DNA from: a virus
Lineage: Duplodnaviria > Caudoviricetes
IMG/VR virus record: IMGVR_UViG_3300037461_000730
Span: 1-37,075 of that record
Direction: 5' to 3' (one strand)
Length of the DNA stretch: 37,075 bases
Shown here: positions 17,528-24,637 of the stretch, piece by piece
Layout: every line of letters starts with the position of its first letter
How positions within the stretch are numbered: position 1 is the first letter of the stretch
Translations under genes and position numbers: made by a program
Notes under the pieces: model-generated
Database searches by the model: none
Seen by the model: the letters and a program-made list of their open reading frames with translations, nothing else
Told to the model about the DNA's origin: nothing

Positions 17528-17556
17528 ACGGGGGACCCCGGTAAGAGGCCCCCCGT
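17528..17556 (-). terminator. GC-rich hairpin after the major capsid gene (leaky terminator or stabiliser)
   Basis: RNA ACGGGGGGCCUC...GGGGUCCCCCGU followed by a weak CUUCCUU tail. Confidence 0.6.
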
Positions 17557-17561
17557 TGTGC

Positions 17562-18519
17562 TTACGCTACGGCCGCAGCGGCGATGTCGATGTCCGCGAT
17601 GACCCCGTGGGCCTTCTCGGTATTGACGATGAGCGTCCAGTCAACCGCCATCTGACGGTTGTCGGCGAGGCCGGTCTTGGCCAGCGGCTCGACACGGTAG
17701 CCGTGCAGATACGCGATGGACAGGAAAGCCGGGTCGATGATGTAGACGTTCGCGGCGTCGCCGTCGTCAGCAGCGTACTTCTGCTGCAGGCGGTTGTCGA
17801 CCAACTCGAGCGTGCCGAAGTCCGACACGAACACGTTCACCGCGCCCAGCGCAGTCGCCTTGGCGGCCGACTTGCCTTGGTCGGACGTGAGGGTCGCGAC
17901 ACGGGCGGACGAGGTGAAGAGGTACTCGCTGAAGGCGCGGATGACGCTCGGGAGCGACATCATCACCGACGGGTCGCCGCCTTGCTGATAGACGCTCTGG
18001 ACGATGTCGCGGACGGTCTTTTCGGACAGCGCACGCTTCGCACCAACGGCCGGAGCCGCCACGATGCCGTTCGCGAAACCACCATTGGTGCCGGTCGTGC
18101 CGCGCGAAGTCGAGGTCGTCAGCCACGCACCCAGACCAGCGGACTTGCCGGCGGTCGTGTTGCCGTCATCGGCGATGGAGGCTTGATGCGTGAGGGCGAT
18201 CGCTTCCACGTCGCGACGCAGTTCTTGCTGGCGGCGCATGACTTGGTACGAAAGCTCGTTGGAACGGCCGATGTTGTCGGTGTTCTGCGCGCGGGTCGAA
18301 ACACGCACGACCTTGGTCGAAATCTGGCAGTGATTGCCAACACGGGCGCCGGTCGCGGCATCGTTGCCGGATGCGTCGGAACCGTCAACAACGGCGTTCG
18401 ACAGGTTCGGGGCGGCCAGTTCATCGGTCGTCCATTCCTTGTACGGGTTCTTGGCCGTGTCGGTGCCGATGCGGTCTTGGAAGGGAAGCGGGATCTTCGA
18501 GATGTCCCAGATCTTCTGC
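17562..18519 (-). CDS. Major capsid protein, exon 2 (DUF5309/SU10-like; spliced product 343 aa)
   Basis: QKIWDIS, EWTTDEL, N-x2-QI-x2-K, ELRRDVE, NVFVSDFG-x-L, LAKTG-x-AD capsid motifs. Confidence 0.9.
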
Positions 18520-19402
18520 CAGTGTGTTATCGGAAGGGAATTTAACCCCGCCATCTTCGCCTTTCGTGCGAAGCTCAGACTATATCTTCCACCAGAAGAT
18601 TGGATTTCCGGCAGTTGCTTGAAGCCGTAATCACCCGCAGATTCCACGGAACCGTCAGCCCTGACACACTCTTCCCACGAATGGGAATGACGTGATCCAC
18701 GACGTGGGGAATTCCAGTTTCTTCCGTTTTTCTGCGAGCGAGCAGGAAAACTTCCTTGATGGATTCTTTCGAAACCCAACACGGGGTGCTTTGACGAAGC
18801 CTTTTGTGGCGAACAGACGAAGACAAAAGCCTTGCGCTCCTGAATGACTCCGACTCGGAATACTTTTCCCGAGATTTCGCATTCAAATGGTCGCGCCCAA
18901 CCTTTTCCGCCCATGCCTTTGTGGCCAACTTCGTCTTTTCCGGATTTGCGGCACGATACGACACGGCGTAAGCACGAAGCTTCTCCGCGTTGTTCTGATA
19001 CTCGCGCTGGCGCTGCAAATGACGCTTTGACGGATTCTCTTCCCGCCATCGCTTCAAATACTCCGCCCTGCATTTCCGGCATTTTCCGCTTTTCCTGTAG
19101 TAATCCGAAATTGGTTTCTCGGATTCGCAACAACTGCACTTTCTGGTGGCCGCGCACTCTTGGGTTTTCATGATCTGTAATCATTTGGTAATGTCCCATA
19201 TTATCACAGACTGTATAACCTAGTCGTTGAACCTTCACCCGCTCACGCGGGCGCTTGGCTGCTGATTGCCCAATTCACATCCTTTTCCAGCCTTCGCACT
19301 CGCCGTTGCCGACCATGCTGTGGCGTCTGTGACTCTCAGGGGTTTCCAGCAATTCACGCGGTTTTTCATGATTGATTACTCAACCAAGGTGACTACAGAT
19401 TA
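18520..19402 (-). mobile_element. Group I intron (883 nt, IA-like) in the major capsid gene
   Basis: 5' splice after U, terminal G; P1 GUGAU/GUCAC; P10 UCUGU/GCAGA; P AAUUGCUGGAAA (19343-19354), Q AAUCAGCAG (19259-19267), R GUUCAACGACUA (19221-19232), S AAGAUAUAGUC (18578-18588); removal restores ...NEDV-M-QKIW... Confidence 0.93.
18575..19171 (-). CDS. Intron-encoded HNH homing endonuclease
   Basis: N-terminal CxxC...CxxC; HVVDHVIPI-x-G-x2-VSGL-x-VPWNL-x-VI-x4-N-x2-KSN. Confidence 0.9.
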   Translation of the reverse strand: MKTQECAATRKCSCCESEKPISDYYRKSGKCRKCRAEYLKRWREENPSKRHLQRQREYQNNAEKLRAYAVSYRAANPEKTKLATKAWAEKVGRDHLNAKSREKYSESESFRSARLLSSSVRHKRLRQSTPCWVSKESIKEVFLLARRKTEETGIPHVVDHVIPIRGKSVSGLTVPWNLRVITASSNCRKSNLLVEDIV

Positions 19403-19476
19403 ATCACATCTTCGTTGATAAGGCCACGGTATGCGACGGCTTTCAGGTCCGCTGCGTCGAGGTTTGAAGTGGTCAT
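19403..19476 (-). CDS. Major capsid protein, exon 1 (MTTSNLDAADLKAVAYRGLINEDV + AT)
   Basis: AGGAG RBS right after the scaffold stop; 74 nt, and the phase matches exon 2 (AT|G = Met). Confidence 0.9.
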
Positions 19477-19485
19477 TTGTTGCTC

Positions 19486-20526
19486 CTAGCGAGGATTCAG
19501 AAGTGCGTTCACCGCTGCGACTTGGTCGTCACGGTTGCGCGTGGTCTTGGCTTTCTGCATCAAGGAGTTCAACTTCCGGACTTGGGTCGGGGCTGGCCTC
19601 TGGCCACTTGGCGTCACCACCGGCTTCGGGGCTTTCCGCACAGTCGTTGCCGTGTTCTTCACGGCCGTCGCATGCTCGAACCACCTCAACGCCATCAGTG
19701 CCACCACGCGGGAACGCGCGTCATAAATGGTCGAGAGTTCCTGAGGCGAGAAGCCCAGCTTTTCGATGAGGAACCCATCCAGCTTGGCACTTTCTCGTTG
19801 GGCAACCTCGGGGTTGCGCCACTCCGGAACCGCTTGCAGGAATCGCTCGTTGTTCTCCTGCACAGTCCGCATGATGACTTGCTGCTGCATCGCCTGCTGC
19901 TTGCCAAAGGCCTGTTCAAGGTCACGCTTGGCGCCGGCATACTCTGCGGCAATCTGCTGCTGCATCAACGCGGCCCGGCCGGGATCCGACTGAGCCAACT
20001 CTTCCCACTCGACCGAGTTATAACGGGCTTGCGCTTGTGCTACGCGCTCCTGCGCCGCTACTACCTCGTCCGACAGTTGCTGACGCCACTGCACCGCTTG
20101 CAACTCCTGCTGTTGGAGTTGCTGGAAGCGCTGGGCAATCTGCTCCTTTGCTGCGGCGACTTCGGCACGTTCCCGGGCGGCCTGCTGCAATGCGTCTTTC
20201 ATCTGACCCAGCGGAATCTCTTCCCCGGTGTCCAGACGGACCTTCAATGCATACAGATCTTCCGGCTCCCAACCAGCGGCCTTGGCGAACTCGGCGACCG
20301 TGTTGATCTCTCCGGTCGGCTGTTCAGCCTGTTCCTCTGGTTTGCCTTCGTCTCCGGCCTCGTCCTCGCCTGCTTCTAGGTTCTCACCCGGCGATTCCTG
20401 CTCCGGTGCTTCTTCCGGCGTCTCTTCTGGGGTCTGGGTGTCTCCACCATCTTCCAGCTTGCCGTCGAGCAGGTCGGTTACTGCCGCGACCTGTTCCTGC
20501 ATGCCTCTCGGCTGCTCAAGTTCCAT
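19486..20526 (-). CDS. Capsid scaffolding protein
   Basis: Acidic N-terminus, Gln-rich coiled coil, WEEL-x3-DP, VPEW, GFS-x2-EL-x3-YDAR; immediately upstream of the capsid gene. Confidence 0.8.
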   Translation of the reverse strand: MELEQPRGMQEQVAAVTDLLDGKLEDGGDTQTPEETPEEAPEQESPGENLEAGEDEAGDEGKPEEQAEQPTGEINTVAEFAKAAGWEPEDLYALKVRLDTGEEIPLGQMKDALQQAARERAEVAAAKEQIAQRFQQLQQQELQAVQWRQQLSDEVVAAQERVAQAQARYNSVEWEELAQSDPGRAALMQQQIAAEYAGAKRDLEQAFGKQQAMQQQVIMRTVQENNERFLQAVPEWRNPEVAQRESAKLDGFLIEKLGFSPQELSTIYDARSRVVALMALRWFEHATAVKNTATTVRKAPKPVVTPSGQRPAPTQVRKLNSLMQKAKTTRNRDDQVAAVNALLNPR

Positions 20527-20527
20527 C

Positions 20528-20749
20528 TTACACCTTTCTCTGATTGATGCGCGACTCCGCGCCATTCCTCATGCGGCGCTCGAGTTCTCCTACGAACTCC
20601 CGCACCGCCCAACTCTTCAGGGAAATATCCCGAAGTTTTTCCGCGTCACCAGCTTGGACCTGCTGGAATCTCTCCCAGAGGTCCATCTGAATTGAATCCA
20701 CCGCCTGCTCGAATATCTTCGAGGTCAGGATGTCTTCAGCGGTAATCAT
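20528..20749 (-). CDS. Small conserved head-region protein
   Basis: Helical 73 aa in the usual pre-scaffold position. Confidence 0.65.
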   Translation of the reverse strand: MITAEDILTSKIFEQAVDSIQMDLWERFQQVQAGDAEKLRDISLKSWAVREFVGELERRMRNGAESRINQRKV

Positions 20750-20915
20750 TGTGAATCCTGTCCATCAGCATGATGCTGGCCTGCGTGTGCTTGTACCTTC
20801 TCAGCCTTCCGGGCTTCCGGTTCTGCGTTGGGACAAGCTTCATGCGCGCCCTGCGGGTCGCCCTCATCATCCTGCGATGCGCGCGAATCATGCTGTTGTG
20901 CGGCATTGGCCTCAT
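20736..20915 (-). CDS. Small Arg-rich hypothetical protein
   Basis: TAATG overlap with upstream ORF; GGAGG RBS. Confidence 0.45.
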   Translation of the reverse strand: MRPMPHNSMIRAHRRMMRATRRARMKLVPTQNRKPGRLRRYKHTQASIMLMDRIHNDYR

Positions 20916-21067
20916 TATTGCGCCTCCATCATGGCACGTCTCCGCGCCCCGTCTTCCAGCCGCTTCCACATGACAGACTCACCCCGCTGCGACTCCTGCA
21001 TGCGGCGCGCGGCCTCCCGCTTCTTTCTTTCCTGCTCAAGGGCGGCGATGTCTCTCAAGTTCAACAT
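20915..21067 (-). CDS. 50-aa charged hypothetical protein (MLNLRDIAALEQ...)
   Basis: Below ORF-track cutoff; stop coupled to next start. Confidence 0.45.
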   Translation of the reverse strand: MLNLRDIAALEQERKKREAARRMQESQRGESVMWKRLEDGARRRAMMEAQ

Positions 21068-21115
21068 GGTGTTTCTCTCGCGTGATGTTATACTGTGCCT
21101 TTTGCACAGGAGAAC

Positions 21116-23551
21116 TCAATATGGATAACGCTCTCGTTCCGGGTCCAGAGTCAGGAACCCGGCCGCCGGAAGACCCGCATACCCACCCTTCCGCACCCGG
21201 GCAAGGATGCCTTCCAGACCACCCATTGCAACCGTGTCCCGCAGAGACTGGACATCAGCCCGTCCCTGAATTCCGAAGCGGTCAGCAAGCCTTCTATCAG
21301 CGGCATTCAAGCCTCGCGCAAGCTGTTGAGGTTCACCCGTCAGGTCCAGACGGCGCATCAGGTCTGGATTTTCAAGCAGCTTGGGCACGATGTATTGCTC
21401 AGTTACCTGTCCCGTACCCTCCGCCCCCCACGGGAGTTCGTCGAAGAACGTCCTAGCGTTCCCGACGTAGGCCTCTGCTTTCGGGACTCCCGCAGCCCTC
21501 GCGGCGTCGTGGGTCGCAGCGTAGAGGTCATTCGCGGACATCTCTCCCGCCGGCCATGCGCTGATACCGCTGCCAGTGGGAGCAGAGTAGATGCCCTTGC
21601 CCTCGAGTTCGGCCATCATCTGCTGAAACTGGTCCTGCGTGCCTCCTCCAGCGGAGAATCGCATCCCGGGAGCGCCGGGAGCGTCAGCTACCCCAGAAGC
21701 TCCACGGGCATTCTGTGCCAGTAGAGGGGCCTTCATGGCATTCCACAGGCCGACAGCTTCCTCTGCCCCGGGTGAGTGAGGAATAGAGTAGGCATTCACC
21801 GGGTTGAACTCGACCTTGCCCTCTGGCGTCGTGTAGCGACCGATCGCCATTTCGTCCCGGCCCGGGAATCCCAGCTTCGGGTAGATCCTGTTGCTTCTCT
21901 GTAGCCACTGCATCATTTCCTGTTGGTAGGGTTCGATCTGCTCGGCGCCCAGTGCGTGTCGGGCCCTGTCCCCGGCAAGAACTTCGGTCGTGTCGGTGAT
22001 CTCCGCTGCTGCCGGCCGGGGCGCAGGTGCCACTCCACCAGTGTGTGGCGCAACAGCCACAGGGTCAAAATACACCGCAGCGCCATCCCCTTCATAGCCC
22101 TTGAATCCTTTCGCCTTCACGGCTCTTTCAAACTCGTTCGCATCGCCCTTCATCAGACCCAGTGGATCCGAAGCGGGATACACGTCCTTCAACTCGCCCC
22201 GGTACTGGTTGGACCCCAGCCCGGCTTCCCGCGCGGTGTCGTTCGTGTAGAAGTAGGTCCGCGGGCGAATGTCGGGATTCGCCGCCAACCGCTCGGCCTC
22301 GGCGCCCTTGATTCCTGTTCCGTACCGCCCGGGGCTTGTCTGCATCAAGTTCGGCTCGTTGGACCAGTGGAACCCGGGGAGATTGACCGCCTCGGGGATG
22401 GACCCCGGCGTCCTCGATGTTCCCCTTCCACCAGACAGCAGCATGGTCGATTGCCCGGTCGGGTCAGTTCCCCACTCGCCGGGCGCCCAAGGCTTCTGAC
22501 CCGTCGCCTCGCCGTTCCTCTCCAGAATGCGGATGAGGTTCTCATCGAACGGCACGAAGTTCGATGTGCCTCCGCCTTCGCGGGATGCTGCGTCGAGATA
22601 CCTGATTCCGGGGACGCCCTGTGCGGCCAGAGCTTCTTCCGGGGCCTTCCCGGCAAGTCCCTGCAGTATGTTGCCCTTGATGATGTCCGACCCCATGATG
22701 TTGCGGCCCTCGTTCATCAGGCGGTGCATTTCCTGATAGTCAGCCTTGTCGCCAGTCTCGCGGAACTGCTTCTTTGCGGATTCCACGGCCTGCTGGTTCG
22801 CCTCCTGTTGCGATACGCCAAGGTTCTTCAGCGCCTTCTGAACCTCCTTGGGCTGCTGGTGCAGCGGCTTGTCCCAGTCGAGGAACTTCGCCACCGCCTC
22901 GTCAGGGATGTCCGCCTTGTACATGTGTCCAAACGACTGGAAGCCGGGCCTGACTTCCTTCTCGAACCAGTCGCCCACCCCGAGATTCTTGGCCCAGCTT
23001 GCGACACTCTCCACCGGCTCGTTGGCCATCAACCTTTCAACTATCCCGGCCTTGTCGTACAGGTCGCCCGGGTCGTTCATCCGGTCAGCCTTGCGCGTGA
23101 TGGCATCGTGGTAGGCGTTGATTTGCTTCCCGCCGATTTTCATCTGGCTTGGGTCGTATGACAGGTTGATGCGGTACTGGTCCGCCACCTCGGGAGCCTC
23201 GGCCAGATACGCCGCGCCCTTCCCGTAAGCCTGCGCGCCTTCCCCAGTCCCGATTTTCGCCTTGTCGAACTTCGCGAACTTGTGCGGGGAGCCATGATAG
23301 ACAATCTTGCCCACCCCGCCGCCAATGTCCAGCATGTTCGTTGCCATTTCCGCCCTCTCGGACGGCGACATCGGACGGTTGGTCAGTTCGCCCCCAGAGA
23401 CAACCGGATTGACCATGGCATTCTGGTTCTTCATGTGCCCGACCACCTTCTCGGCGTACCCTCGCGGGTCGTTGAAGAGGTCCGACAGGTTGCGCCCCGC
23501 AGTCCGCCTCATGGCGTCAAGCTGGGCAAGGATCTCATACAGGCTTGCCAT
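21116..23551 (-). CDS. 811-aa multidomain polyvalent-type protein with ADP-ribosyltransferase-like domain(s)
   Basis: VYHGS-x3-F-x2-FD-x3-IGTGEGAQAYG-x-G-x2-YLAE ... GIRYLD ... NFV-x-FD; second FHWS...YGTGIKGAE...RTYFY block. Confidence 0.6.
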   Translation of the reverse strand: MASLYEILAQLDAMRRTAGRNLSDLFNDPRGYAEKVVGHMKNQNAMVNPVVSGGELTNRPMSPSERAEMATNMLDIGGGVGKIVYHGSPHKFAKFDKAKIGTGEGAQAYGKGAAYLAEAPEVADQYRINLSYDPSQMKIGGKQINAYHDAITRKADRMNDPGDLYDKAGIVERLMANEPVESVASWAKNLGVGDWFEKEVRPGFQSFGHMYKADIPDEAVAKFLDWDKPLHQQPKEVQKALKNLGVSQQEANQQAVESAKKQFRETGDKADYQEMHRLMNEGRNIMGSDIIKGNILQGLAGKAPEEALAAQGVPGIRYLDAASREGGGTSNFVPFDENLIRILERNGEATGQKPWAPGEWGTDPTGQSTMLLSGGRGTSRTPGSIPEAVNLPGFHWSNEPNLMQTSPGRYGTGIKGAEAERLAANPDIRPRTYFYTNDTAREAGLGSNQYRGELKDVYPASDPLGLMKGDANEFERAVKAKGFKGYEGDGAAVYFDPVAVAPHTGGVAPAPRPAAAEITDTTEVLAGDRARHALGAEQIEPYQQEMMQWLQRSNRIYPKLGFPGRDEMAIGRYTTPEGKVEFNPVNAYSIPHSPGAEEAVGLWNAMKAPLLAQNARGASGVADAPGAPGMRFSAGGGTQDQFQQMMAELEGKGIYSAPTGSGISAWPAGEMSANDLYAATHDAARAAGVPKAEAYVGNARTFFDELPWGAEGTGQVTEQYIVPKLLENPDLMRRLDLTGEPQQLARGLNAADRRLADRFGIQGRADVQSLRDTVAMGGLEGILARVRKGGYAGLPAAGFLTLDPERERYPY

Positions 23552-24019
23552 CTATTTTCCTTGGCTCAGGACCCACTGCAGAGCCCTCAAGCGCGTCTCG
23601 TCATCGATGTTGGCATTCTGACCTTCCCGTACCCCAGACTGGGGCTCTGCGGCCCCAACGTGGGGCGCTATGGCCCGGTCGAACGCGGCATAGTCATAGC
23701 CCGGATACCGGCGGGCAGGCGGTGCAATCTGGCCGGCGCCCGGCGGCGGATTCGGCGCCATCTGTCCGGCCTGCGGTTCCTGATACGGCGTGATCTGGCC
23801 GCCGGAATACTGGGGCATCTGCTCCCGCATCGTTTGCCGGCCGCGCTCGACCACGTCAGAAGGCAGGCCACCGTTGCCGTAGATGGTTGGGGCAGCACCG
23901 CCGCCAACGGACACCGGCCCCGGCCCGACATCCCGGTAGGGACTCGAGGCCCGCCCAGCGGCAGCGTTGGTACTCCAGTCAGCGAACAGCCTGCGGAACC
24001 ACCCGGGAACATCGCTCAT
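23552..24019 (-). CDS. Pro/Gly-rich hypothetical protein
   Basis: AAGGA RBS before MSDVPGW; C-terminal VREGQNANIDDETR-x-RAL. Confidence 0.6.
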   Translation of the reverse strand: MSDVPGWFRRLFADWSTNAAAGRASSPYRDVGPGPVSVGGGAAPTIYGNGGLPSDVVERGRQTMREQMPQYSGGQITPYQEPQAGQMAPNPPPGAGQIAPPARRYPGYDYAAFDRAIAPHVGAAEPQSGVREGQNANIDDETRLRALQWVLSQGK

Positions 24020-24029
24020 TTCGATTCCT

Positions 24030-24491
24030 TCATCCAACCCATCGCAATTTTCCACCAACCAAGTCGTTTCCAACGGGCTGTGCGCTGCGTCCTTCTCGGC
24101 TGTGCCACATTGCCGCACTGCCACCCGCGTATTCCTTGTCAATCCGAAAACCAGCGGCCCGCAAACTGCTCCCTCCCTCTTCAGGAAGGGTGTAAGTAAA
24201 AATTGGGTCATGCCCAAGCGCCCTAGCCGCCTTCCGTGCAGCCCCATAGAGCATCGAGCAAGCGTTTTTTGCTCCGTCGGTGCAAAGGCGCGTTATCTCT
24301 GCCGCCGTGCCGTCGTCAAGCCTACGAGCTACCGGCCTGCCAACAATCGCCACGCCGCGCAACTTCCCAGTTTCGTCTTCGACTCCCACCGAAAACTTGT
24401 GACCCACCACTGGGCGGCTGTGCCGATGCAGTCGGCCCACAAACTCGTTGGCGGTTTTCAGGTCGGTCGGAACGATTCGCAGGTTTTTCAT
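24030..24491 (-). CDS. XF1762-family / Mom-like GNAT-fold protein
   Basis: AN-x-FV-x3-HRH, GHKFS, GVAIVGRPVAR-x-LDDG-x3-E-x2-RLCTDG-x2-NACS-x-LY, TYTL-x2-E-x-G-x-SLRAAG. Confidence 0.85.
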   Translation of the reverse strand: MKNLRIVPTDLKTANEFVGRLHRHSRPVVGHKFSVGVEDETGKLRGVAIVGRPVARRLDDGTAAEITRLCTDGAKNACSMLYGAARKAARALGHDPIFTYTLPEEGGSSLRAAGFRIDKEYAGGSAAMWHSREGRSAQPVGNDLVGGKLRWVG

Positions 24492-24637
24492 TTCGGCGCC
24501 TTAGGTTGGGAGAAGCCGACCTTCCGGTAGCGCTTGCCCTTGGCATAGGACTCTTTCAGCGTCTGGCTTATGGCGGCGCACTGCTCCGCCGTTTTGTTGC
24601 GGCAATTCACCGCCGGCACGGTCGGGGCTTTCTTCAC
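24488..24637 (-). CDS. 49-aa basic hypothetical protein
   Basis: GTGA overlap with the portal stop and ATGA overlap with the next gene. Confidence 0.45.
   Translation of the reverse strand: MKKAPTVPAVNCRNKTAEQCAAISQTLKESYAKGKRYRKVGFSQPKAPK

Noticed and set aside
17562-19238. 558-aa ORF taken as the major capsid protein
   Set aside because: Its first ~240 aa are intron sequence with no capsid character; the real start with RBS is at 19476 and joins by splicing. The open frame itself is kept as a finding.
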